32,249 nt of DNA from Trichomonas gallinae (GCA_008369845.1 MRSU01000182.1:1-32249); one strand, 5' to 3'; positions 20,529-31,894 are shown, numbered from the stretch's first letter. Notes: a model not told the origin generated them from the sequence alone. Numbers and translations are program-made.

Positions 20529-23500
20529 ATGAATTCCGATGGTATCCAATCTTTAGAAGAGCAGGACAACGTTCATCCACAAAGCGATTCTCAAGTAGAT
20601 CCATCTTCCTATGACGAAATTGAACAACTACGGAAAGAAAATGCGGTTTTAAAATCTCAACTCGATCGTGCGTGCAATAATACAGCAGATTTAGAGATCC
20701 TTCATAAAGGAAAACGTGAACTAACATCAAAACTAATCGAAGCAAATCAAAAAACCGAATCGTTGCAAAATAGATTAAAAATTGCTCAGCAAAGGAACCA
20801 AGATCTCGAAAAGAAGATCAACTCATACTGCCTCCAGATCACGAACTTGAATACGGACATAGATAAGAAGAATAAAGAGATAACTGAAAAAGATTCGAAT
20901 ATTGCAGAATTAAATATTAAAGAATCCAACGCAGAAAAGGCAAAGACTGAGCTATCTACATTCTTTACAGAGATTTCCTCGCTCGCTGATCAAAAAATTC
21001 AAACTTTTTCTCAAGTTTTAACATTTTTAAAGTCGATTTTTCAGCAACATCAGTCGGAAATGGACGAAATTAGCAAAGCACACCATGATTCCGAACAAAA
21101 TATCGTATTATCTCTTAAGCAAATGGTTAAAAAATCTAAAAAATTAACAAAAGACAATGAAATATTAAACGAAAACAACCAGAAACTACATCAGTTGATA
21201 GATACAGCGAAAGATGCAATAAACACATCAGAAGAACAAATACAGAAACTTGTAGAAGATAATCAAAATTTAGAAACTAAACTCAACGAAAGCATAGCAA
21301 ATTCACAGCAATTACAGCGCGACATTGATCAATTAAAGTCAAAACTCGAGCAAAATGAACAAAAATACGCTGATGATACACAAAAATATCAAGAATTACT
21401 TAATATGCGAGATACAAGAATTGATGAACTCAAAAACATCATGAATAGCCCAGAACAAACTGGTGCAACAAGGATTTCAGAGCTCGTACAAGAAAATACA
21501 CAACTTAAAATCGAAATAAATCAAATTCGCGACCAAAAGAGTCAATCTGATGAATTAGAAAAGAAAGTTGAGCTCAAATTAAGACAAGCATTGGCTAAAA
21601 TCAACAGCCAAAAAGAAGATTTGCAAAGATACAAGAAAAAGCTTCATAATTTCAGCAAAGACAAGATTAATAACACAGAAAACCTGCTCAAGAAAGAGAT
21701 AGAGCAGTTAAATCAGCAAATTACGAAGTACGCGAAAGAAATCGATAGTTTAAGAACGAAATTACAAGCAGCAGAAGCTTCACACATAGAAGGAGAGTCA
21801 GCATACGCTGCAGTAAAGAATGATAATGAAAGGTTGCAGAATTCCATTAACAATCTCGAAAATATAATTAATAATCAAAGAAATGAAATCAATTCTTTAA
21901 CAAACCAAAGGAATAAACTCTTTCAGTTAGGTCAGAAATCAATACAAACACTCACCAAATACGAAATATCATCCAGAAACGCACAACAGAAGATTTCCGA
22001 GTTGACATTAAAATCTCAAAAAGCAACAAAGAAGATAATCCCAGAATATATACCACAATCGGACTCAAACATATTGACGACCATATCCCAGGGACTCATC
22101 CCGCTCGTTGACCAGCAAATTCGCGACAAACTAAACGCGATTTTAGCAGATTTTAGATTAACACCAAATTTACGCGCGAAATCTGCGTTTAAAGAGATCT
22201 CAGACATGATCAAGAACTCTCAGGACACAACCACAGAACAGCAGAAGCAGCAGGCAACAGCAGCATCCAATGTACAAAGCCTTCTAGAGTCAATGATCAA
22301 AGGATTTTCATCGATTTTAGGCGCGAAAACAAATGACGACAAAGTTGCAGGAAACGCAATTATTCCTCGCGACGCAGCTTTGATTGACTTCATCTGCGAG
22401 AAGACAGCGCAGCTGGAGCTGATTCTCCAGCAGAACGAGTTGCTTTCTCCGCAGTTCGTTTCTTTGGATTTCTTGTTCACTGGAGCCTTCGAAGACAGAA
22501 AGAAGACACTACAGGATTTGGCTTGCCGCGGTTTTGACAGCAGAACTGCTTTTGACATTTTCTGCCTGATTTCGCTTGTCAACAGTGCTCTTAATGACGA
22601 GCTCACTGCTGTTAGAAACGTCTGCGAGTCACAATCCAATCAGCTCGAAAATATAGAAAGATGCCTTGGAACAAATGACGCAGATTTCATCCAAGAGTCG
22701 TTAAGCAACATCGAAAAGAAGATTCGCAAACTTCAAGCGAAGAATTCAAAGCTCAAGCAGTCTATTGTTGTCCTCCAAGAAGAGCGCGAAGAGATCTCAG
22801 GAAACGCAAACCTGAAGCCAGTCATAGAAGAATTAAAGAAGCAAGTTGATACAATGACACAAGAACTCGAAAGAAAATCAGCAATTATTCAAGAACTTGA
22901 GAACGAAAAGAGCGAAAAGCAGAGAATAATAGAAACGCATGAATCAGAAATAGCAAACTTGAAGAATGAAATCCGCCAGACACAATTCGATCACAGAGCA
23001 GAAGTCGCGCAATTCGAGAAGACAATGTTCGCGTCGAATCAAGAAGTTCGCGAAGCAAACATGAAAGCAAGTCAAACGTCAGTAGAATTCGAGTCAAAAC
23101 TCCAAGAACAGCGCAAGCTCGCTGAAGATGAGCGCCAGCGCATTCTCGCCAAGCAGGATAAGCTCGAGCGCAAGATAGCAGCGCTTAAAGAGAAGATGAG
23201 ACAGAAAGATGCTGCTTTCAAGTGTCGCGAAAACGACTTCCATAAAGAAACACAGAAATTAATTGATTCGCAGAACCAGCTGAAGCAGAAACTTGCTGAT
23301 TCTATCGAGTCACTTCGCGCTCAGAGTACAGAGAACACAGAGCTTCAACAGAAGCTCGCAGAGAGTTTGAGAATCAATGAAGGAAAGACACAAGAAATGA
23401 TGAAGGAAATTTCCAAACTCACCGCATCTAAAAAGGCAGCTGATGTACAGATACAGTCACTGCAAGATCAGATGAAGCGTGAATCTGATCTGATTGCATC

Positions 23501-23717
23501 ACAGTACAACTTCAAGGCCGTTGCAGCGGAAACAAAACGCCAAGAAGAAATTGCTGACTTGAAATCCAATTTCGAGAAAGAAAAGAACAATTTAATTGTT
23601 TCTGTGCTTGAAGAGTTTAACATTCTTCACACTTTAGGTGATGATGATATAGACGAGTCCACATTCCTTTCATGTATACGTAAGATAGCGAGTGAATATC
23701 GCCGCTTCCATAACTAA
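20529..23717 (+). CDS. Large coiled-coil protein (~1062 aa)
   Basis: Continuous heptad-rich ORF. The 20 codons from ATG 20469 are AT-rich and intergenic-like, so ATG 20529 (MNSDGIQ) is the more likely start. Confidence 0.88.
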   Translation: MNSDGIQSLEEQDNVHPQSDSQVDPSSYDEIEQLRKENAVLKSQLDRACNNTADLEILHKGKRELTSKLIEANQKTESLQNRLKIAQQRNQDLEKKINSYCLQITNLNTDIDKKNKEITEKDSNIAELNIKESNAEKAKTELSTFFTEISSLADQKIQTFSQVLTFLKSIFQQHQSEMDEISKAHHDSEQNIVLSLKQMVKKSKKLTKDNEILNENNQKLHQLIDTAKDAINTSEEQIQKLVEDNQNLETKLNESIANSQQLQRDIDQLKSKLEQNEQKYADDTQKYQELLNMRDTRIDELKNIMNSPEQTGATRISELVQENTQLKIEINQIRDQKSQSDELEKKVELKLRQALAKINSQKEDLQRYKKKLHNFSKDKINNTENLLKKEIEQLNQQITKYAKEIDSLRTKLQAAEASHIEGESAYAAVKNDNERLQNSINNLENIINNQRNEINSLTNQRNKLFQLGQKSIQTLTKYEISSRNAQQKISELTLKSQKATKKIIPEYIPQSDSNILTTISQGLIPLVDQQIRDKLNAILADFRLTPNLRAKSAFKEISDMIKNSQDTTTEQQKQQATAASNVQSLLESMIKGFSSILGAKTNDDKVAGNAIIPRDAALIDFICEKTAQLELILQQNELLSPQFVSLDFLFTGAFEDRKKTLQDLACRGFDSRTAFDIFCLISLVNSALNDELTAVRNVCESQSNQLENIERCLGTNDADFIQESLSNIEKKIRKLQAKNSKLKQSIVVLQEEREEISGNANLKPVIEELKKQVDTMTQELERKSAIIQELENEKSEKQRIIETHESEIANLKNEIRQTQFDHRAEVAQFEKTMFASNQEVREANMKASQTSVEFESKLQEQRKLAEDERQRILAKQDKLERKIAALKEKMRQKDAAFKCRENDFHKETQKLIDSQNQLKQKLADSIESLRAQSTENTELQQKLAESLRINEGKTQEMMKEISKLTASKKAADVQIQSLQDQMKRESDLIASQYNFKAVAAETKRQEEIADLKSNFEKEKNNLIVSVLEEFNILHTLGDDDIDESTFLSCIRKIASEYRRFHN

Positions 23718-24153
23718 TTTTTATTTTTTCACTTTTTGTTTTAATTCATACTTGTTAATTTATAAATTTAATTTTCGAAAATCCTACTTTTAATTAATCT
23801 ACCAAAAATACAAATATAAATCAATAATCAAAAATGTAAAAATTGATCAATCATAATAGTATGTGCTAAATAAAAAATATCAAAATATTTGGTATAAGTC
23901 TCATTATTTTACTATGCTTTGTTTTCAAATCTAATTTAAAATTATTCAAAAAATTTGAGTATGAATTATATACTTTTGTATATGAATATAATGTCATATA
24001 TGGACCATACTATACGAATGCATCGTATAAGTATGTGATAATCAAAAAAAAAACTGAAATATGATAAATCGCGTTCTATTGCTTCACCATAACTAAAACT
24101 ATGGTTCACACAGGTTGTGTCTAAATTAATGTTGTAAAAATATGATAAATCGC

Positions 24154-24627
24154 TTATGTTTGATCCTTATTCCAAACCATGGGTAAAGGACATGTAAGAG
24201 GTCGATCAAGTTTGGGTGGAATAACTTCTGGAACTTTTTCATCGCATTTAACCTTTTGTTTTGACTGATTTATATTTTCATAATCAATTTTCTTTATTAT
24301 TGAACGAAATGCTTTCGGTGTTCTCATTGCCTTGAGATATTGAAATTCTTTGACTCTAATTTTCTCTAATGCAAGTACATTTTCTTCATCAATGGGAATA
24401 TTTCGTTTATATGGCTTTATGCAGTATATTGTTGAATTATTGCCTATATTATACGATTTAAAAGATATTTGCGCGTTCAACAAACAATATTCATAAATAA
24501 ACAAAATATCATGGTCGAAATACTGATATAATGTCGATATAGGAGATCCAGGGTCTATATCATCAACAGTAATTTCTTTGTCACGTGTTGAAAGCTTTAT
24601 AGATATATGAATGTTTTGATCATTCAT
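24154..24627 (-). CDS. Hypothetical protein with N-terminal ubiquitin-like domain
   Basis: IHISIKLS...DIDPGSPISTL...LFIYEYCLLNAQISFKSYNIGNNSTIYC fits the ubiquitin-fold pattern (LIFxGxxLxxxxTLxxYxIxxxxTI). C-terminal PLxxPLPxxW. Confidence 0.7.
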   Translation of the reverse strand: MNDQNIHISIKLSTRDKEITVDDIDPGSPISTLYQYFDHDILFIYEYCLLNAQISFKSYNIGNNSTIYCIKPYKRNIPIDEENVLALEKIRVKEFQYLKAMRTPKAFRSIIKKIDYENINQSKQKVKCDEKVPEVIPPKLDRPLTCPLPMVWNKDQT

Positions 24628-25651
24628 GATTTGAAATGCATTTCTTTACTGAAAAACATAACAAAACTGTTCCTTATAACGATATAAGACTGTGTGAATG
24701 TCTATATTTGCTTGTTAAATTTGGTGAGGTTAATTTTCAATAGATATTCAAACTGATTTAAACTTTTAACCTCGTTGAGTGGCTTTTATATCATATCGGA
24801 CTGTAACTGTATGTTATCATTACGCATCTGAATTGTTCCTAAAATAATCAAAAGCAAAGCTTGATTTTTACATTTTTGAAATATCAAATTCATATATTGG
24901 AGTTATTTTTCTTTCATAATGTAAAATATGCCATCATCCGCATAATGTGCCCAAAATATTTCCTTAATCATGGAAGATAACGTTTATATGTGTCAAGCGA
25001 TCTAAATTGAGTATGAATATTGACTTTTCGTATTTTTTGAGATTTAAAATTTCAATCACATATGAAAATATATCTATTCCGAATGTGATGTTTGCTAATC
25101 ACATTTAATTTATTATAATGTGAATTATTTAATAATTGCGCTAGTTTAAATCCATTATAATTATCGAAAATGTCCAAAATTTCAACTGATCATAGAATCT
25201 TGATGTATTTGAATTTAAATCAAAAATATCATCGAAATATGCCTAAGAATTGTTAATAGAATCATGGTTTATTCATGGAGATATTGAAGTTTTATTATTT
25301 AACTGATGCATAAAGTCAATTTTTGCAATAATTCGAATGAGATTGCATAAATATAAGTTAGAATGATATTATGTTAAAATTGCTCCTGAAATCTGCTTAT
25401 GTAGGGAATTTTATGATCTCGTGCCAAAATATTAAATGTATAGAAATTGAAAAAATTGTTGAACTTTTTTAATGTTGCTATCATAATGTTATAGCTCCAA
25501 AAGTCCAAGTATAGTATAGATACATTAGTTATTTGTACCCAAAATCATTTTGGAAAAAAGTCAACAAATATGACATTACGTGTCAAAAACATTAATTTAC
25601 ATGGCATAATTATTTTACATGACAAAAAATAACGCAAATTTTAACGTTATA

Positions 25652-26074
25652 ATGCAAGATCGTTCACAGAAAGAAGTTTTAAGAGATATCTTCGAAGAAA
25701 AAGGCATCACTAATCACATACAGGCAATATATTACAATAAACTTGGCGCGCAAATCTTAGCTAAAGGTCCGAAAGATCTAAAAGAACTATTTCCAGTCAC
25801 AGATGGTACAAAACAAAGCGATGAGTGGAAATTGGGCTATTCTTTAGTACTTGACTACTTATCTAACAAAAATATGCAAAAGACAAAAGATGCATCAATT
25901 AATTTTGTTAGTTTAACGCCAGAAAGCAAAAGTTCTGTTGCTCAAAAGCTAGGCTTATCAAATAACACGCAAACACCTTTTTCTGACATAATTCGCGATC
26001 AAAAAATGTATCTTCTCTTCAAATCAGATGATTTCGACTACGATCTCCCTTCTACATTCTATCAATCCAAATAA
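25652..26074 (+). CDS. Hypothetical protein, LisH/FOP-like N-terminal region
   Basis: LRDIFEEKGITNHIQA followed by YSLVLDYLSNKNMQKT resembles the TOF + LisH arrangement of FOP/FOPNL/OFD1-type proteins. ATG 25619 lies inside a dispersed repeat, so ATG 25652 is preferred. Confidence 0.6.
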   Translation: MQDRSQKEVLRDIFEEKGITNHIQAIYYNKLGAQILAKGPKDLKELFPVTDGTKQSDEWKLGYSLVLDYLSNKNMQKTKDASINFVSLTPESKSSVAQKLGLSNNTQTPFSDIIRDQKMYLLFKSDDFDYDLPSTFYQSK

Positions 26075-26235
26075 ACCTGTTGTTGTTTGTTTCAATCAAA
26101 TTTATCAAGAAAAAAAAGTTACTATACAATACTGTTTATATTTAAATTGCACCAAAGATGCAATAACAAGCTATTATATATAGATTTTTTCCTTATGATT
26201 AATAATATAATTTCAATTGAAAATTCTCTAAAACT

Positions 26236-27306
26236 TCAACTTATTTCAAACTCTGAATTAATATATACTGCCCATATTAATACTTTTGATGATCCATAAA
26301 GTGGTCTATATGTGCAGTAATTTGCTTTTTTAGAATAAATTTGAGTAATTCGGACATATCCATTATCATAACCAGTATATCCTGGAACTGGTGGAGGTAT
26401 AGTATCTCGCCCTGAAAGTAAAATAGGATTTTTTAAATAATATCTTGAATCAATATTATATCCTTCGGGTTTGTATGAGACTTCGTTAAAAATATAACCA
26501 GAGCCTCCACCACCAGGTGATCTATGCTCACCACCAGCTCCACCAAACCATCCACCACCACCTGCCCCTCCATAATTTGTTCCACCGAAGTTTTTATTTG
26601 TTCCTCCATAACCAAATGATCCAGGACCACCAGAGTTACCACCATATGCAAAAGAATTTATACCAGGTCCTTGCTGGTTACCTGGGTCGGCATAGCATCC
26701 TTTCATATTATCTCGGATGCATTGTGCATCACCAACACCTTTGAATCCAGAACCACCGCCTCCATCGCCTCCATTGCATTCAAGATTAGGACTCCCACCA
26801 GAGGCACCACCTCCACCACCGGCTACAATGATACGTGTATTCAAATCTCCAAATCTTAAGCGAATATCACTCGCTCCACCTCCCCTTACTCCATTTCCAT
26901 ATCCCTCTGGAGTATAAACACCACCACCGCCTCCAAATGTTCCAGGAACATTCAAGTTTTTACCAGGAACTGAGTCTCCTTTTGATCCAACATAAACATA
27001 AAACAAAGTTTGTGCTGTTAAAAGTAAATCGCCTTGAGAAAACCCGCCTTTTCCACCATAACCAATACCTGTAGTTTTTTTCCTCCCTGATGGTTCTAAA
27101 TCGGAATTTCCGCCGGCAGCACCCCACACTTGCAGATTATATGCTCCAGGAGGCAGAGAAATCGAATATGGAGAACAATTTATAACATCACATCTAGGAT
27201 ATTTAAACAAAATCGATGTTTCATTGGATTCTGTGTTTCCAGAATACCCATCTATATCGTATTTTGCGAAAATGGTGTTATTTTGGAGAATATCAGTAGA
27301 AGCAGA
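26236..27306 (-). pseudogene. Glycine-rich protein (ALK/LTK-like Gly-rich domain; often annotated PE-PGRS/loricrin-like) lacking a usable ATG
   Basis: Motifs LPPGAYNLQVWGAAGG, GGKGGFSQG, YVYVG, GGGASDIR, RIIVAGGGGG, GGGGSGYI, GYVRIT. The frame is open from 27306 to 26236, but 27210 is TTG and the first Met is mid-protein. Confidence 0.7.
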
Positions 27307-28206
27307 TTAAAGCAAAACTGGTTATCCTTAAACCACAATTCATGTAATAAATATTTCGGCAATGCCTTTCGGAATTAGAACAAAATCAGCATCAAAGATA
27401 TAAGAAATTTCTAAATAATAGATATATAGTAATTACAATCGCATAAACATAATCACTGGATGATAAGGAGTATGATTGATAACTTATTTAACTGGTAATA
27501 CACAATTTCATTTTAAAAGTATTGTTATTCGAGTTAAATAGGATACGTGACAAGAATTTCATATATACAAGATTAAAAGTTCTACATCATGGATTATAAA
27601 CGTGTCAATATGTCAAATATATGTAGACTTTATCATTTTTAAACCTTTATAACGAACTTCCTTCTAGATTTATGTAATAATTTATCATCATGCTGTAGAA
27701 ATCATTATGGATTTCCACGCCAAAATGAATTTGTAAACTCAGCAGCTGATTTTCCAATGATCTGCATAAAAAAATATTCTTGACATTTGTCAAAAAAGTT
27801 TTGTTACTTGACCTAATATATTTTTACATGACAAAAATCTTTTCCCCTTTTTCAAACAATATCAAGTGTATAATACACTTTTAGAATAAGATAAAATGAC
27901 AACCACATCCCTATATAGTTATCACGCATCGAATGAAGCCAATAAGTTCGAAAATATTTAAGATTTTAATTTTCTATGAAAAGCCTGTGTAAATTAGCTG
28001 CAAAAAGGCATATCTTTCAACATATGATGCATATATTGCATTTGGTGAAGCTATGCAGGGTTTGCATCAATTTGATAACATAAAAAACAAGTTTGCGACA
28101 AACATGAATAAAAAATGTCACTTTTAGTTCCATATGAGATCACTATATATGATATCATACTCTAAAGCAAAAAATGAAATGATGTTACGGGCGTGCACGA
28201 CCATCA

Positions 28207-29676
28207 ATGGAATACAAGGATGAAGGCAATGGTAAGGAATATTCTATTATAGATGATGGTATAGATCATAAAAGACATCAATGTCTCGGAGATAAGTTTT
28301 TTCTGCATGATGAAGATCCTGAAACGTTCTTTGCTAATATTCGAAATGTATTTAATGCAGGAGATGCAATGGAAATGCTCAAATTATTGGATGAAATATG
28401 TCAAAGATCCTCTGTTAACTTCTGGAAATGCGATGACTCGTTCAAAACATTCGATATTCCAGGATTATTAATTCATCTTGCGTTTGAAGCATTTCAATCA
28501 GTACCATTACCATTATCTAACCGATCTATATGGATTATTGCGAATTTTATGGATCCACCGAATGCAGGATTTATTCCATTTTTTTTAGAAAAGGGATTAA
28601 TCGATTTTATTGCTTCTTTTCTCACAAATGAAGATTATTTTTTCGAACCATTGATATATGCAATAATTGCGATTACTCATTACTCAGTTGAAGCAATTAA
28701 TGAAATTATTGCCAAAATTCCTTTAGATATAATCATAGAACTTGTAAGAGCACATGATGCAAGTGAACAGAACAAAAAACAAGATAATAAATGGTCTGTT
28801 AGACTTTTACAAATTTTCGAGCAAATTGATTTCAGCGAATGCCCAGAAGAAGTGTTTGTAAATGTCTTAGATACATGCCAGGAGTTTTTGATGCGCACAT
28901 ACTCAGTGCCAGATGATATGAAAATAGTAGTTTCAGATACAAAACATTTATTTAATTTACTTCTCAAGCTTTGCACATCACCAGAGAGATACAATGCTAT
29001 CGTTCATTTATATGACATCTGTAATGTCACTAATATGTCAATCAGGGAAGGAGATAAAAATTTAGTTGACGCAGCTCTTAGGTTTATTACAAGGTGCGCA
29101 CCATTTTTCAATGAGAGATACCCATTCCATATAGATTATAACTTGTTATTAACAAAATTCCAATTTGTTAATAAAAGTAATCAGAAAGATATTAGTTTGC
29201 ATATCTTAGAAGTTATTAAATACATGATAAATGTATCGCAAATAGAGTTTAATATATTCCTCAATCATATTAACTCTATTGGTATCTTTTGCGATCGAGA
29301 TGTTTTCAAAATATTACCTTATTCGCACAAAAAAGTAATTTTTGATATTTGCACCTTTTTGGCAAGGAACTCTGATCCATCAAGATACCCAGATTACATA
29401 GAAAAAGGAATGATTTTAGTATTCGCTGAAGGATTAAAATTTGAAGATGACGAAAGCAGAATTGTTGAAGCTTGTCAAGCCATAAAGGCTATGCCAGATG
29501 ATGTAAGGACCAAAAGAAAAGATCTTGTAGAAGCTGATGTTCCACAAATTGTTTTGGATTTAATTGAAGACCTCGAGTTGCAGGATGAAACACATGCAGC
29601 TCTAGAAATGCTTATGAATGATAATACTCTTTCTTATCTAATTGAATACGACTGTCCAACAGAACCTGAAGAATGA
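28207..29676 (+). CDS. Hypothetical alpha-helical (ARM/HEAT-like) protein
   Basis: 489-aa ATG ORF with repeated amphipathic helices (IPGLLIHL, SIWIIANF, GLIDFIASFL, LVDAALRFITR) and an acidic tail. Confidence 0.75.
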   Translation: MEYKDEGNGKEYSIIDDGIDHKRHQCLGDKFFLHDEDPETFFANIRNVFNAGDAMEMLKLLDEICQRSSVNFWKCDDSFKTFDIPGLLIHLAFEAFQSVPLPLSNRSIWIIANFMDPPNAGFIPFFLEKGLIDFIASFLTNEDYFFEPLIYAIIAITHYSVEAINEIIAKIPLDIIIELVRAHDASEQNKKQDNKWSVRLLQIFEQIDFSECPEEVFVNVLDTCQEFLMRTYSVPDDMKIVVSDTKHLFNLLLKLCTSPERYNAIVHLYDICNVTNMSIREGDKNLVDAALRFITRCAPFFNERYPFHIDYNLLLTKFQFVNKSNQKDISLHILEVIKYMINVSQIEFNIFLNHINSIGIFCDRDVFKILPYSHKKVIFDICTFLARNSDPSRYPDYIEKGMILVFAEGLKFEDDESRIVEACQAIKAMPDDVRTKRKDLVEADVPQIVLDLIEDLELQDETHAALEMLMNDNTLSYLIEYDCPTEPEE

Positions 29677-29774
29677 AGTATTGATAAACTACCATCGGAA
29701 TAACCTAGTTATATGCAATAATTTCAACTTATATTTCATTCAAAAAAAATTCATACTATAACTATTTCATCAGG

Positions 29775-29970
29775 TTTTGAATGTGGTGTTAGTCTTAATG
29801 CTACAAGTCAACTTGTTCTCAGTCTTCTTCTACACAAGAATGTGGAGCTAGATTCCCTCTTATGAGTATCAAGAATGTTCATCGTGAAGTCACATATGAT
29901 TCATATCATATTCCATTCTTATTTTCATTTTGCTTTTTCATTAGTAAAAAGTAATGACTTTCACATAAAT
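29775..29970 (+). pseudogene. 3' fragment of the 19.2-kb surface-protein-like gene family
   Basis: AGTCTTAATGCTACAAGTCAACTTGTTCTCAGTCTT...CATCGTGAAG...CATTCTTATTTTCATTTT...TTTTCATTAGT aligns with 20037-20190, continuing through the stop region into the 3' flank, with indels. Confidence 0.85.
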
Positions 29971-30049
29971 ATTTAGAATCACGATCGAATTTACAAAGGA
30001 TAACTTTTTGATGTTGCTACTATCATCACAAATATATTAGCAATTGTTG

Positions 30050-30625
30050 TCCATTTGAAAATATATATTAGTCTAAAAGAGCAAAAGATATATGTAAATC
30101 CAGAATAAAAAGTTTTTTTTCAGAAATAATCAAAGAAATATAATCTATAGATCATCTGCATGCTAATTATGAAGTCAAATTCATTCTAACAATGTTCAAA
30201 AAATATCTTAAAAAATAAATTTACTAAATTTGCCTGTTATTGGAAAAAATACATTAAAATCAATGAGAAAAAGATATATGTAATTCCAAAATAGATAGAA
30301 GCAAAAATAATCTTTCTTATTTTTTCTATTTTAGCGAAATAATCAAAGAAATATCATCTATATATCATATGTATGCTAAATATTAAGCCAATTTGATCCA
30401 AACAAAACTTAAAAAATAACGAAAAATAAAAATTGATCAGATTTGCCTGTTATTTAAAAAATAAATTAAAATCAGTGATTAAAATGTATATGCAATTCCA
30501 GAATATATAGAAGCAAAAATAATTTTTCTTATTTTTCCTATTTTAACCAAATAATCAAAGAAATACCATCTATATATCATATGCATGCTAAATATGCAGT
30601 CAAATCGATCCGAGCAATTTTGAAA
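30050..30625. repeat. ~212-bp imperfect tandem repeat, about 2.7 copies
   Basis: Anchor AAATAATCAAAGAAATA at 30124, 30337 and 30549; ATTTGCCTGTTATT at about 30228 and 30441. Confidence 0.9.
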
Positions 30626-30658
30626 ATTGTTCAACCAGACCTAGTGAAAATCGCCAAA

Positions 30659-31360
30659 ATGTTTCGATCTAAGTACGACGGTGATGCTACAACTTTCTCG
30701 CCAGAGGGCAGAATCCTTCAGGTTGAAAATGCTATGAAAGCCGTTCAGCAGGGTATGCCAACTGTTGGCCTTAAATCTAAAACACATGCAGTTATCGCAT
30801 GTTTAATGCACTCTCCATCAGAATTTTCATCTCATCAGCCAAAAATATTCAAGATAGATCAACATATCGGTGTCGCTATTTCCGGCTTAACAGCTGACGG
30901 TCGCGGTCTTTGCAAATTCCTTCGTAATGAATGCCTTAACCATACATTTTGCTTTGGCACAGAGGCTCGTGTCTCTGACCTCGCTGATACAATCGCTTTA
31001 CAGTCACAGAAGAAGACAGTTAGATCAGGTAAGCGCCCATATGGCGTTGGCTTGTTAATGATTGGTGCTGGCGTCGATGGCTTACGCTTATTCGAAACAT
31101 GCCCAAGTGGTCAGCACTGGGAATATAATGCTCAGGCTATCGGCCGTCGCGCACAAGCTGCTAAGACATATCTCGAAACAAATCTTAACCAGTTCCCTGA
31201 TTGCACCCGCGATCAACTTATCCGTCATGCATTAAGAGCTCTTAACGACTGCAAATCGCGCGAAAGTGACTCTCTCGAAGCTATTGCTGTCGGTGTTGTT
31301 GGCATAAATGAACCATTCACAATACTCGAGGGCCCAGATCTCGTACAATTCAGTGAATAA
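30659..31360 (+). CDS. PSMA1: 20S proteasome subunit alpha-6 (PSMA1/PRE5-type)
   Basis: MFRSKYDGDATTFSPEGRILQVENA alpha-subunit signature; GLTADGR, RPYGVGLL, FETCPSG, AIGRRAQAAKTYLE are alpha-6-like. The true start is ATG 30659; the ORF-track extension lies within the tandem repeat. Confidence 0.95.
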   Translation: MFRSKYDGDATTFSPEGRILQVENAMKAVQQGMPTVGLKSKTHAVIACLMHSPSEFSSHQPKIFKIDQHIGVAISGLTADGRGLCKFLRNECLNHTFCFGTEARVSDLADTIALQSQKKTVRSGKRPYGVGLLMIGAGVDGLRLFETCPSGQHWEYNAQAIGRRAQAAKTYLETNLNQFPDCTRDQLIRHALRALNDCKSRESDSLEAIAVGVVGINEPFTILEGPDLVQFSE

Positions 31361-31894
31361 ACTTTTTTCTTACAAATTAAAAATAAAAATATCAATATAA
31401 TTTTAAAAAATCCAATTTAGAAACGATCCGATTCTTTACTGATGCTAATAGCATATTGGTGGTAACGAAATTACTTATATCGCTAAAAATATGAAATTTC
31501 AATTAAAATTTTGCATGTTCTGCAATAAAATTCGATCTGATTGCTACATTACCATATATAGAGCTATAATGATTAAAGCTACTGTTCTTTTTAAGCAAAT
31601 AATATTTCAAAAATATTTTTCGACACTATGTCTGCTTTAACATACGATAAAGTTAAATTTCTACTATATTGTTATAGTAATATGTTTGAAACATTGCATT
31701 TACTCTTCCGAAAATTGAATTTGAAAATATCTTTATGATTTGAAGGCTATCTTTCATTTTACACACTATTATTACAATTTTAATGTATTATATCCAATGT
31801 CTGAGAATGATAAGCTATGAGCACCATTGAAATTATAGAGAAAATGAAACATGTCAAAGAAGATTTGTTTACAATGTCAGATTGGTTTAAAATG

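Noticed and set aside
7786..23097. Many 60-140-aa ORFs nested in the cyclase and coiled-coil genes
   Set aside because: Shadow ORFs of long coding sequences with no independent motifs.
27318..27336. 19-nt GT..AG intron joining ATG 27343 to the Gly-rich frame
   Set aside because: The spliced product still meets the in-frame TAA at 27309-27307, and splice consensus is poor.
26433..27378. Cluster of short Pro/His-rich overlapping ORFs
   Set aside because: Alternative-frame and antisense readings of GGN glycine codons.
30581..30658. 26-aa N-terminal extension of proteasome alpha-6
   Set aside because: It starts within the 212-bp repeat; alpha-6 subunits begin MFRxxYD, matching ATG 30659.
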